Of a DNA stretch of 62,290 bases, positions 1-7,980 are shown piece by piece. The position numbers and the translations under genes are program-made. Positions within the stretch are counted from its first letter, which is position 1. The number at the start of each line of letters is the position of its first letter. The notes below the pieces were generated by a model, which was not told the DNA's origin, ran no database searches, and saw only the letters and a program-made list of their open reading frames with translations. Origin of the DNA: Candidatus Sungiibacteriota bacterium (GTDB taxonomy: Bacteria; Patescibacteriota; Minisyncoccia; Sungbacterales; JACQCQ01); the NCBI GenBank assembly GCA_016201505.1, contig JACQCQ010000006.1, forward strand, positions 1 to 62,290, written 5' to 3'.

Positions 1-123
1 TACTACAACACGCTCCGGATTCATTCGGCCTTGAAGATGCCGCCGCATACATTTTACGAACAGGAGAAAACTCGGCTCTCCGAGCTTTCTTCCGGCCATA
101 ATTCTTTATCCGCAACTGTCTAG
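1..123 (+). mobile_element. C-terminal 40 codons of a DDE (integrase-core, rve-type) transposase; gene truncated by the window edge
   Basis: Frame +1 from base 1 reads YYNTLRIHSALKMPPHTFYEQEKTRLSELSSGHNSLSATV followed by TAG (121-123). The Y-N-x-x-R-x-H-S-x-L...P-x-x-F tail is typical of retroviral-integrase-like IS transposases. Confidence 0.5.
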
Positions 124-138
124 TTTTTCTGGGGCTTG

Positions 139-621
139 TCACTCCGGGCCCCGCCACATGGTGCGCGGGAAGACGAGGTGGAATTGGCGGAACTCTACCG
201 GGATCTCGCCTTGATGGTCGAAGACGAACTCGGCGTCCTCCTGGCCGTAGTGCCAGGCGTTGAGGGAGGGGTCATACTCGGCGCGGCCGAGCATGTCGTA
301 GCCGAGGATGGACTTCTCGTCTTCCCGCAGGAACGGGACGAGCTCGAGCTCCGCAACCGAGGTGATGATGCGCGGGCTGTGGCAGAAGAGCTTGAAGCCG
401 TCTTTCCGGAGGTCGAACTTGAGGTTCGGCTCCACGACGCCCGAAAGCTGTTTCGCCTTATTGACCAGGCCAAATGCATCGCGGTGCTCGACAGCCGCGA
501 CTTGCAGTTCAGCCAGGGTCAAAGCACCTCGAGCCAACTGCAAATCAATTTCGTGCATGATACCGGCGCGCTTCCTCAACCAGTCCGGCATCTGATCCGG
601 ACTCACGACGAGGTTTTCCAT
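139..621 (-). CDS. hypothetical protein (160 aa) in a visibly G+C-richer segment next to the transposase fragment
   Basis: ORF track 139..621(-). Residue composition is mixed (W, Y, F, K), whereas the mirror ORF 136..705(+) is E/L/V/R-rich and looks like an antisense artefact. No family recognised. Confidence 0.45.
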   Translation of the reverse strand: MENLVVSPDQMPDWLRKRAGIMHEIDLQLARGALTLAELQVAAVEHRDAFGLVNKAKQLSGVVEPNLKFDLRKDGFKLFCHSPRIITSVAELELVPFLREDEKSILGYDMLGRAEYDPSLNAWHYGQEDAEFVFDHQGEIPVEFRQFHLVFPRTMWRGPE

Positions 622-807
622 CGCCGTCTCCTTTTGACTTTACACGTCTCTATGTTGGGCCCCACCGTGCTACCCGCAACCATTGCGGTTTTGGCGTGCC
701 GCTAATTTGCCGACAATACATTATCATAGATGTAAAGGATGTCAAGTTTTAGCCCGAATGAGCTTAATATACTCGGCTTAAAGCGATTGTTTTCAGCACT
801 TTCCGTC

Positions 808-816
808 TGATATAAT
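808..816 (+). promoter_or_regulatory. extended -10 element (TGaTATAAT) upstream of uvrB
   Basis: ctgaTATAATggttgtttacgcATG: TG at 808-809, TATAAT at 811-816, 12 nt before ATG 829. Confidence 0.35.
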
Positions 817-828
817 GGTTGTTTACGC

Positions 829-2853
829 ATGCCAAACAAATTCAAACTTGTAGCGCCGTATAAACCGACTGGCGATCAGCCTCAAGCCATTGAGGCGCTG
901 GTGCATTCGCTTGAATCCGGCGTAAGAGACCAGACGCTACTCGGCGTTACCGGCTCCGGCAAAACATTTACGATTGCGAACGTCATCGAACGCGTCCAAA
1001 AGCCAACACTCGTCATTTCACATAACAAGACACTCGCCGCCCAGCTCTATCAGGAGTTTAAAGAATTTTTTCCCGAAAATGCCGTTCATTATTTCGTTTC
1101 CTATTACGATTACTACCAGCCCGAGGCCTATATCCCGCGGTCCGATACCTATATCGAAAAAGACTCAAAGATCAACGACACGATTGACGCTCTGCGGCAC
1201 GCCTCCACCGCGGATTTGCTTTCGCGAAACGACGTCATCATCGTAGCCTCGGTTTCCTGCATCTACGGCATCGGCGACCCGGAGGAATACGAAAAAATGG
1301 CGCTTGATATTAAACTGGCGCAAAAACTTTCTTCCCGCGACCTCGCCCGGAAACTGGTTTTACTTCAATACGTCCGCAATCCGATTGATCCGCGCCAGGG
1401 CAACTTCCGACTGCGTGAAGACGCGGTTGAAATTCATCTGCCATCCGGCGCGGAAGTCGTTCTGGTTGAGTTCCGAAGAGCCAAAATTATCTCGATTAAA
1501 AAAAGAAAATCAGAGTTTAATTCTAATTTTTCAAACTTCAGCACGCTCCGTATCTTCCCGGCCAAACACTTTGTTACTCCAAGACACAAATTATTGCTGG
1601 CCATCGAGCGCATCAAAGATGAACTAAGAGAACAGATGGAGAAATTTAAAAAAGAAGGCAAGGTTTTGGAACTCGAGCGCATCAAACAGCGCACAACTTT
1701 CGATATCGAAATGTTAAAACAAACCGGCATCGTCTCGGGCATTGAGAACTATTCGCGCCACCTTTCATTTCGAGACGCAGGCGATCCGCCATATACCCTG
1801 CTTGATTACTTCGCCCGCGCGAGCCAACAAGGCGCACCCGCTGCACCAAAAAAATCCCTCCACTACGATACTCTAGAGTATCCTAGTGGCGTTGATTTCC
1901 TGACCGTCATTGATGAGTCACACGTTTCTCTGCCGCAAATTCGTGGCATGTATAACGGTGACCGCGCGCGAAAAACGACGCTGGTGGACTATGGCTTCAG
2001 GCTCCCCTCCGCGCTCGATAACCGACCGCTGAAATTTGATGAATTCAGACAAAAAACCGGCCAGACAATTTATGTCTCGGCGACGCCCGCCGCCTATGAG
2101 CAATCTGTTTCCGCGGGCCATCTTGCCGAGCAGGTCATCCGGCCGACTGGGCTTCTTGATCCGGAGCTTGAGGTCCGCCCCACAGAACATCAAATTCGCG
2201 ATTTGGTAAAAGAACTAGAAAAGAGAAAAGCCAAAAACGAACGTTCATTGGTCATCGCTCTCACCAAACGGCTCGCCGAAGATATCGCCCAATATTTAGC
2301 TGACGCGGGATTAAAGACAACCTATCTGCACTCGGAGGTAAAAACGCTCGAGCGGCCGGATATTTTAGCCGATCTGCGAAGAGGCGAATACGACGTTCTG
2401 GTTGGCATCAATTTACTCCGTGAGGGGCTTGATCTGCCCGAAGTCTCGTTTGTGGCCATTTTAGATGCCGACAAAGAAGGCTTTTTGCGCAATGATACGA
2501 CACTTTTACAGATTATCGGCCGCACCGCGCGCCATCCCGATGGGCGAGTAGTTTTGTATGCCGATAGAGTTACGGATTCGATGAAACGAGCCATCGGCGA
2601 AACCAACCGTCGGCGCAAAATTCAGGCGGCTTACAACCAGGAACACGGCATCACGCCCACCGGAATTGAAAAAGCCATTCGCGCCTCGCTGTCTGAAGAA
2701 GCGGCGAGAAGGGAAGAGGCGGAAATCAAACTCGAAGGTCAGGCCAAAAAAATGCGCGAGGCTCTAACCCGCGAAATGAAAAAAGCCGCCAAAGACATGA
2801 ACTTCGAATTGGCGGCGCGCATCCGGGATCGGATTAAGAAACTAGGGGGTTAG
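829..2853 (+). CDS. uvrB: excinuclease ABC subunit B
   Basis: 674 aa. N-terminus FKLVAPYKPTGDQPQAIEAL, Walker A GVTGSGKTFT, helicase motifs DESHVSLPQIRGMY and GINLLREGLDLPEVS, and a C-terminal UVR motif (FELAARIRDRIKKL). Confidence 0.97.
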   Translation: MPNKFKLVAPYKPTGDQPQAIEALVHSLESGVRDQTLLGVTGSGKTFTIANVIERVQKPTLVISHNKTLAAQLYQEFKEFFPENAVHYFVSYYDYYQPEAYIPRSDTYIEKDSKINDTIDALRHASTADLLSRNDVIIVASVSCIYGIGDPEEYEKMALDIKLAQKLSSRDLARKLVLLQYVRNPIDPRQGNFRLREDAVEIHLPSGAEVVLVEFRRAKIISIKKRKSEFNSNFSNFSTLRIFPAKHFVTPRHKLLLAIERIKDELREQMEKFKKEGKVLELERIKQRTTFDIEMLKQTGIVSGIENYSRHLSFRDAGDPPYTLLDYFARASQQGAPAAPKKSLHYDTLEYPSGVDFLTVIDESHVSLPQIRGMYNGDRARKTTLVDYGFRLPSALDNRPLKFDEFRQKTGQTIYVSATPAAYEQSVSAGHLAEQVIRPTGLLDPELEVRPTEHQIRDLVKELEKRKAKNERSLVIALTKRLAEDIAQYLADAGLKTTYLHSEVKTLERPDILADLRRGEYDVLVGINLLREGLDLPEVSFVAILDADKEGFLRNDTTLLQIIGRTARHPDGRVVLYADRVTDSMKRAIGETNRRRKIQAAYNQEHGITPTGIEKAIRASLSEEAARREEAEIKLEGQAKKMREALTREMKKAAKDMNFELAARIRDRIKKLGG

Positions 2854-2952
2854 TACTTTTATTACGCCACATTCTATCAGCAGCGGGGATGATGTCGCGG
2901 GTTCACAGTTGTAAGCGATAAGCGCTCAAACAAATTTTTGTTTCTTTCGCAA

Positions 2953-5079
2953 TTATATCTTTTGCCGACGCAGGAGCAGGGCATTGACAGCGACAATAAT
3001 CGTGCTGGCCGACATAAATACAGCGGCGAGGGCGGGCTCGAGCAAGATACCTTTGAAAGCCAGTACGCCGGCCGCGAGAGGTAATGCAAAAATATTGTAG
3101 CCAGTCGCCCAGAAAAGGTTCTGAATCATTTTGGAATAGGTCATCCGGGAAAGTTTAATTATTTTAGCGATATCCCGAGGGTCATTCCTGACAAGAATAA
3201 TTCCGGCCGACTCTATGGCCACATTCGTCCCTGCGCCAATGGCAATGCCGAGATCGGCTTGGGTGAGTGCCGGGGCATCATTGATTCCATCGCCAACCAT
3301 GGCGACTTTTTTATTTCTCATCTGAAGTTCTTTCACCCGATCGGATTTTTGATGCGGCAGCACCCGGGCGAAGTATTCTTGAATGCCCAGTTCTTGGCTC
3401 ACCCACTTGGCCACATCTTCAGAATCGCCCGTGATCATAGCGGTTTTAACGCCAATGGTTTTTAAGACTTGAATGGCCTCCAGCGACTCTGCTCGAATAA
3501 TGTCAGCCAGAGCAATCGCCCCCCAGACCGCTTGAGCCTTAAGAACAAAAATAATGGTCTGTCCTTTTTCGCCGGCAGCTTGAACCGGCCTAGAAAGTTC
3601 ATCGGGAATATGCATCCCTATGTTGTCGAGAAGCACCGGCCCGCCCACCATCACCTCTTTTTCATCAACCAATGCTCTAACGCCTTTTCCTTTCAGTGCT
3701 TCGAATTTCTTTAGTTCTTTGAGTGAAAGCCCGCGTTCTTGGGCTTTTAGAACCACCGCCCGTGCAATCGGATGTTCCGATACAGCGTCAAGAGCAGCGG
3801 CCAATCCCAGGACTTCATCTTTAGTGTGGCCGCTTACAGGCCATATCTCTACGACGCCGAACTCACCCTTGGTCAGCGTTCCGGTCTTATCAAACAGCAC
3901 GATGTCGATTGATCGCGCGGCCTCAAGGGCCAGTCTCTGTTTTACGAGGAAACCGTTTTGTGCGGCTTTCGTCGTAGAAATCGAAGCTACCAGAGGGACT
4001 GCCAGCCCTAATGCGTGCGGACAAGCAATAACTAAAACGGCCACGAGCCGCGCCACCGCAAACCCCAGCGCAGCGCCGGAAAAAAGCCAAGCCATAAATG
4101 TGATGAAGCCCCCGACCACGGCGACAATGGTCAAATAGAGAGCCGCTCTGTCCGAGAGCACCTGCAGCCGTGATTTAGAAACTTGTGCTTCGGCGACTAA
4201 ACGCATGACCCCGGCCAGAAAAGTTTTTTCGCCGATAGTTGTTACACGGATCTTGAGGGCTCCGTCGCCGTTAACAGTTCCGGCAATAACAGAATCATTT
4301 TCTTTTTTAGATACCAGTCTTGATTCTCCGGTAACCATGGATTCATTAACATCAGATTCTCCGGCAATGACATTACCGTCGGCGGGAATTTTGGCTCCCG
4401 GCCGTGCGAGCACGGTATCACCTGCCCGCAGATCGGCGAGAGGAATAATTTCTGTTTTACCGTTTTTGATAACTTCGGCGGTATCGGGCAGCAGTTTCGA
4501 GAGTTCTTTCAGCGCACCCTGCGCCCCACTGACCGCGCGCATTTCCAGCCAGTGGCCGAGCAGCATGATGGTAATCAGCGTGGTAAGCTCCCAAAATAAG
4601 CCTTCGGTGCGCGCCCAGACGGCATAGACGCTCCAAAGATAAGCCGCCGAGATGGCAATGCCGACGAGCGTCATCATGCCCGGCAGGCGTGCCTGAATTT
4701 CTCTCCGGGCTCCGGCCAGAAAAACCCAACCGCCGTAGAAAAATACGATTGATCCAAACACCAAAGGCAGATACGCTGATCCCGAAAAATCGGGCGGAGA
4801 CCATTTGAAAATTTTCTCGACAATACCCGCGTACAGCACTACGGGAATGGTGAGGACAAGACACACCCAGAATTTTTTTAAAAACACTGCGGTACTGTGG
4901 CCGGTATGCTTATCGCGGGCAGCGTGATCCGTGGCGTCTTTTTTCTTTTTTATGGGGATGAGATTCATGCCGCATTCAGGACACATGCCCGGCGTATCCC
5001 GTTTTATTTCAGGGTGCATGGGACAGGTATATATCGCCTGCGGCGCTGATGGCTGACTGATATGGTCTTTATGATTCAT
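2953..5079 (-). CDS. heavy-metal (copper) translocating P1B-type ATPase, CPH-motif (CopB-like) subtype
   Basis: 708 aa. Phosphorylation motif DKTGTLT, hinge GDGINDAP, transmembrane CPH in ACPHALGLAVP, and N-terminal Cys-pair metal-binding domain YTCPMHPEIKRDTPGMCPECGM. Lies downstream of a CsoR gene. Confidence 0.93.
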   Translation of the reverse strand: MNHKDHISQPSAPQAIYTCPMHPEIKRDTPGMCPECGMNLIPIKKKKDATDHAARDKHTGHSTAVFLKKFWVCLVLTIPVVLYAGIVEKIFKWSPPDFSGSAYLPLVFGSIVFFYGGWVFLAGARREIQARLPGMMTLVGIAISAAYLWSVYAVWARTEGLFWELTTLITIMLLGHWLEMRAVSGAQGALKELSKLLPDTAEVIKNGKTEIIPLADLRAGDTVLARPGAKIPADGNVIAGESDVNESMVTGESRLVSKKENDSVIAGTVNGDGALKIRVTTIGEKTFLAGVMRLVAEAQVSKSRLQVLSDRAALYLTIVAVVGGFITFMAWLFSGAALGFAVARLVAVLVIACPHALGLAVPLVASISTTKAAQNGFLVKQRLALEAARSIDIVLFDKTGTLTKGEFGVVEIWPVSGHTKDEVLGLAAALDAVSEHPIARAVVLKAQERGLSLKELKKFEALKGKGVRALVDEKEVMVGGPVLLDNIGMHIPDELSRPVQAAGEKGQTIIFVLKAQAVWGAIALADIIRAESLEAIQVLKTIGVKTAMITGDSEDVAKWVSQELGIQEYFARVLPHQKSDRVKELQMRNKKVAMVGDGINDAPALTQADLGIAIGAGTNVAIESAGIILVRNDPRDIAKIIKLSRMTYSKMIQNLFWATGYNIFALPLAAGVLAFKGILLEPALAAVFMSASTIIVAVNALLLRRQKI

Positions 5080-5129
5080 AAATCTTCACCCCCCCGAATT
5101 TTCCCGACATGGGATTCTGGGGCGAGTGA

Positions 5130-5402
5130 TTATTTTTTCCTTTGGGCAAGTTTGTAGATCTTGAGAATTTCCTCGATGGCTCGATGCTCTTTTCCGCTTT
5201 TTATTTGTTTAATGACGTGCGTCGAAAGGTGGTTTTCAAGAATAAGATCCTCAATGCCCGCGAGCGCCTCCTTAACGGCGCTTGACTGTGTGATGATATC
5301 CACGCAGTATTTTTCATTCTCTACCATCGAAATAAGCCCCTGGAGCTGGCCGCGTATGATATTAAGCCGCCGCAGGGCCGCTTTTTTTATGAATTCTTTC
5401 AT
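5130..5402 (-). CDS. csoR: CsoR/RcnR-family metal-sensing transcriptional repressor (start taken at MKEFIKK, not the longer ORF start 5432)
   Basis: RRLNIIRGQLQGLISMVENEKYCVDIITQSSAVKEAL...ENHLSTHV is the DUF156/CsoR helix-bundle pattern with conserved Cys and His. A GC-tract palindrome lies just upstream, and the gene sits directly upstream of the Cu-ATPase. Confidence 0.85.
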   Translation of the reverse strand: MKEFIKKAALRRLNIIRGQLQGLISMVENEKYCVDIITQSSAVKEALAGIEDLILENHLSTHVIKQIKSGKEHRAIEEILKIYKLAQRKK

Positions 5403-5411
5403 ATTGACAGA

Positions 5412-5428
5412 ATACCCCCTGGGGGTAT
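5412..5428. promoter_or_regulatory. candidate CsoR operator, 17-nt perfect palindrome ATACCCCCTGGGGGTAT
   Basis: Read directly from the sequence. G/C-tract inverted repeats of the form TACCC-n-GGGTA are the known CsoR operator type. It lies between a TTGCAT (-35-like) and TATTCT (-10-like, 5409-5414 on the minus strand), 6 nt from the csoR ATG. Confidence 0.6.
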
Positions 5429-5463
5429 ACAATGCAAGCGTAGATTACACTAACAGCTCGTAT

Positions 5464-5718
5464 ATGATTAACACAATACAGGCATTAAAGGTCGCCGCCT
5501 CATGGGCGAGCATCGTTTATATCATCTGCTTTGGAGGCGTTGCACTCCTGCCGGGAATCAGGCCCTGGTTTATGGAGTACGCGCTCCACACGCAAATTGA
5601 CACCGGTACCAACGTGATGACACTAGCAACATTCATCACCGGTCTCATCGTTTGGAATATAATCGCGGTACTTGCCGTGTGGCTTTATATAGGGCTCAAT
5701 AATTACTTTAAGAAATAA
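5464..5718 (+). CDS. small membrane protein (84 aa, 2-3 hydrophobic segments), divergent from csoR
   Basis: In-frame ATG at 5464 within ORF 5161..5718; the upstream part of that ORF is antisense to csoR. Sequence MINTIQALKVAASWASIVYIICFGGVALLPG...ITGLIVWNIIAVLAVWLYIGL. Confidence 0.55.
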   Translation: MINTIQALKVAASWASIVYIICFGGVALLPGIRPWFMEYALHTQIDTGTNVMTLATFITGLIVWNIIAVLAVWLYIGLNNYFKK

Positions 5719-5722
5719 ATTT

Positions 5723-5860
5723 ATGATGGGATACGGATATGACGGCGACTGGGGAATGATGGGCGGCGCGGGGTTTTTCGGTCTTTTCACTTGGCTTGTG
5801 ATCACGATCGATCTCGTGCTCGTCGGCATCTGGCTCTGGCGGCAGATTTCAAAAAAATAG
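5723..5860 (+). CDS. tiny membrane peptide (45 aa), below the ORF-track cutoff
   Basis: ATG 5723 to TAG 5858-5860 reads MMGYGYDGDWGMMGGAGFFGLFTWLVITIDLVLVGIWLWRQISKK. It has one clear TM segment and starts 4 nt after the preceding gene. Confidence 0.4.
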   Translation: MMGYGYDGDWGMMGGAGFFGLFTWLVITIDLVLVGIWLWRQISKK

Positions 5861-5959
5861 CGAGCGCGTCCCAGTGATGCGGCGATCCAATCTAGGCACT
5901 AAACCGGCACCGACACAGAGGTGGCGTATGTAAAAGTGTAAAAACATCTAATCCGGGGC

Positions 5960-5988
5960 TTGACGCAAATCTAAAGAGATAGTAATCT
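5960..5988 (+). promoter_or_regulatory. candidate sigma70-type promoter for rpsT (TTGACG-17 nt-TAATCT)
   Basis: TTGACG at 5960-5965, a 17-nt spacer, and TAATCT at 5983-5988, 46 nt upstream of ATG 6035. Confidence 0.35.
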
Positions 5989-6034
5989 CACCGGGTATTT
6001 TTAACTTTGAGATTTACATTTTGAAATAGCCACC

Positions 6035-6310
6035 ATGCCAATCACGAAATCAGCTGAAAAGGCGCTTAGACAATCCATCCGAAGACGCGCACGGAACACC
6101 CTAAAAAAGGATGCTTTTAGGACTGCCATAAAAAATGTCCGGGGACTGGCCGCGGAAAAGAAAAAGAAAGAAATCGAAGCCGCCATCTCGGCGGCCTACA
6201 AAGCCTTGGATAAAGCTGCCAAAACGAACGTCATCTCGAAAAACACCGCGGCTCGCAAAAAATCCCGGCTTGTAAAATTTGTCGCGCGAACGCTCACGGC
6301 TACCCAATAG
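6035..6310 (+). CDS. rpsT: 30S ribosomal protein S20
   Basis: MPITKSAEKALRQSIRRRARNTLKKDAFRTAIKNV... is a typical S20 N-terminus; basic, 91 aa. Confidence 0.95.
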   Translation: MPITKSAEKALRQSIRRRARNTLKKDAFRTAIKNVRGLAAEKKKKEIEAAISAAYKALDKAAKTNVISKNTAARKKSRLVKFVARTLTATQ

Positions 6311-6374
6311 AAAGAAGCGAATAACTCTTGGCTCACTGCACGCGCGCATGCTCCATTCGGTCAAAATAAATCCC

Positions 6375-6408
6375 GTCTCCATTCTACGCTATAGCGTAGA
6401 ATGGAGAC
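6375..6408. repeat. 34-nt perfect palindrome GTCTCCATTCTACGCTATAGCGTAGAATGGAGAC (core ACGCTATAGCGT) between convergent rpsT and paralog P1; probable bidirectional terminator or protein-binding site
   Basis: Perfect self-complementarity read from the sequence. The same 12-nt core recurs at 7011, 29950, 30563 and 56791. Confidence 0.85.
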
Positions 6409-6429
6409 AAACACCCACATAGCTCGGCA

Positions 6430-6999
6430 TTATTTTGGCATCATCCCGAAGTGTTTGTATACCCGATACTCCTGATGGCCGAGGGATTTGGTTCTTAATA
6501 CTGTGACGAATTCTCGAATACGAAACACTGAAGCGATGAAATCTACTTCGTCTTCACAGGGCGAAGGATGAACAAACACGCTTTTGTGGAATTGAAAACA
6601 TCCCAAGTCGCAGATCTTCCTGCGCAGAGCATCGCGAGCTGTTTTGTGTCGCTCGGGTATGTCAAAAAGGATAACGTTCCAATACCCATCCCAGGATTTA
6701 AATTTTGCCAATTCTAAGTTCTCAAACTCAAATTTTTTAAGACGCGTCTTCCCGGCCTCTGTAATAGCCAGAACTTCATGCCTATTTTTATCCATTCGTA
6801 TTTCAATCAGCCTTCGCCTGCGCAACCGTCGCAGAGCTTGCTCAAGAGAGCGTTTTTTCAACTGACGACTTTTTGAAATAAAAGGTTTTAAGGCGATAGC
6901 GAGTCCGGGAAGTGTCGCTGCGGCAACACCAAGAGCCCCGCCGGTGAGAGCAGCCAAGATTGATTTCACGACTGCGCCCTTTTCTGTATCCCCCTTCAT
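6430..6999 (-). CDS. wHTH + Cas2/PaaX-like domain protein with hydrophobic N-terminal segment (paralog P1 of 3)
   Basis: 189 aa. N-terminal hydrophobic stretch ILAALTGGALGVAAATLPGLAIALKP, a basic wHTH-like block (LEQALRRLRRRRLIEI...ITEAGKTRL), and WDGYWNVILFDIPERHKTARDALRRKICDLGCFQFHKSVFVHP. The last matches the W-x-x-V-x-FDIPE...R...L...G...Q/H-x-SVFV pattern of PaaX middle domains and Cas2. Confidence 0.85.
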   Translation of the reverse strand: MKGDTEKGAVVKSILAALTGGALGVAAATLPGLAIALKPFISKSRQLKKRSLEQALRRLRRRRLIEIRMDKNRHEVLAITEAGKTRLKKFEFENLELAKFKSWDGYWNVILFDIPERHKTARDALRRKICDLGCFQFHKSVFVHPSPCEDEVDFIASVFRIREFVTVLRTKSLGHQEYRVYKHFGMMPK

Positions 7000-7007
7000 G
7001 TCTCTAT

Positions 7008-7025
7008 ATTACGCTATAGCGTAAT
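7008..7025. promoter_or_regulatory. 18-nt perfect palindrome ATTACGCTATAGCGTAAT overlapping the -10-like TAATAT of P1; candidate operator
   Basis: The minus strand reads ACGCTATAGCGTAATATagagacATG. The hexamer TAATAT (7006-7011) is 6 nt from the ATG at 6999. Confidence 0.55.
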
Positions 7026-7057
7026 GTACGTACACAAAAATGCGCCGGCGCCTTATT

Positions 7058-7945
7058 TTAGCACGAAAAAAGAATTGAATCGGTAATGGCGGAATAGGGA
7101 TCGTTCATGCCTATTTTGATTTTGGCGTCTGCTTCGAAGAATCGCTCGTACATAGCTTGAATTTCATCGATGGCCACGCGCCGCAATTTCTCGCGCCCTT
7201 TTTTCACGACAAACGGATGCAGATCTTTCGGTTCGATCGCTGGGTCAGATAATAGGAGAAGGGTCCGCAAGTGACCGACTAGACTTGCAAAAAGATAATG
7301 CCCATCGAGGCCTGATTCTTTTAGCCGCGCAAGGGCCCTTAGGGCCGAACGTTCATCAATTAAAAAGTAATCGAGGAAGGAGAAAATTTTCTCTTCGGGC
7401 AGAAATAGCGGCTCGCCGGATTCACCGCCGAGGCTCAACTTCTCTGCCTCATGCACCAGCTGCCACGTATTAGTGAAATTTGAGAGCAGATGCTCAAGGT
7501 CGTTACCCGAAATTTTTAAATTATGCGCCCCGACGTATCGCTTCAGCCAACCACGCGCTTCGGCCGGCGACATTTGCGGGAACTCCTGCGCTTTTACGTC
7601 TTTCGATTTTAAGAGTTTAGCCAGCTTCACGACATCCTTTTCGCTCCCCTCTTCCCAAAAGATGGCAACGATATTTACATCATCCCCCCAAGCGTTGAGT
7701 TCGGTTTTTAAAACTTTCTCCACGGGCTCCCAATTTAACAGCACACGCTCAATAATTAAGAGCTTTTTCTCCTGAAACAATGATTGCGATTTTCCCACGT
7801 CGCGGAGTGTTCTTGCATCATCAGTCTCTCCATCAAACCAGGCAACGTCCGGAGACTGGCCGCGCCGTTTTTTGTATTCGGCCAGAATTTCATGCAATTT
7901 TTCTCGGCTCCTGAATGAGTCTTCGCCGTAGAGGAAGTAAATCAT
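7058..7945 (-). CDS. holA: DNA polymerase III delta subunit
   Basis: 295 aa. N-terminus MIYFLYGEDSFRSREKL is typical of HolA. Size, helical C-terminal part and position fit a housekeeping replication gene. Confidence 0.75.
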   Translation of the reverse strand: MIYFLYGEDSFRSREKLHEILAEYKKRRGQSPDVAWFDGETDDARTLRDVGKSQSLFQEKKLLIIERVLLNWEPVEKVLKTELNAWGDDVNIVAIFWEEGSEKDVVKLAKLLKSKDVKAQEFPQMSPAEARGWLKRYVGAHNLKISGNDLEHLLSNFTNTWQLVHEAEKLSLGGESGEPLFLPEEKIFSFLDYFLIDERSALRALARLKESGLDGHYLFASLVGHLRTLLLLSDPAIEPKDLHPFVVKKGREKLRRVAIDEIQAMYERFFEADAKIKIGMNDPYSAITDSILFSC

Positions 7946-7980
7946 GCTTTAGCAAATAGGAAATAGCCGGTGGCAAATAG

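Noticed and set aside
136-705. 189-aa plus-strand ORF
   Set aside because: It mirrors 139..621(-) in a G+C-rich segment. Its E/L/V/R/A-rich composition is typical of antisense frames, and it has no recognisable motifs.
3620-4627. Several 130-170-aa ORFs antisense to or out of frame with the P-type ATPase gene. Similar cases lie inside polA, pilB, virB4, the 870-aa gene, pnp, cca and others.
   Set aside because: They overlap strongly supported genes, have S/P/R/A-rich low-complexity composition, and show no start-site signals. They are treated as frame artefacts.
6430-6999. Cas2-like domain in the three P paralogs as evidence of a CRISPR-Cas locus
   Set aside because: There is no repeat-spacer array, cas1 or other cas gene anywhere in the window. 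The domain is fused to a wHTH as in PaaX-type regulators.
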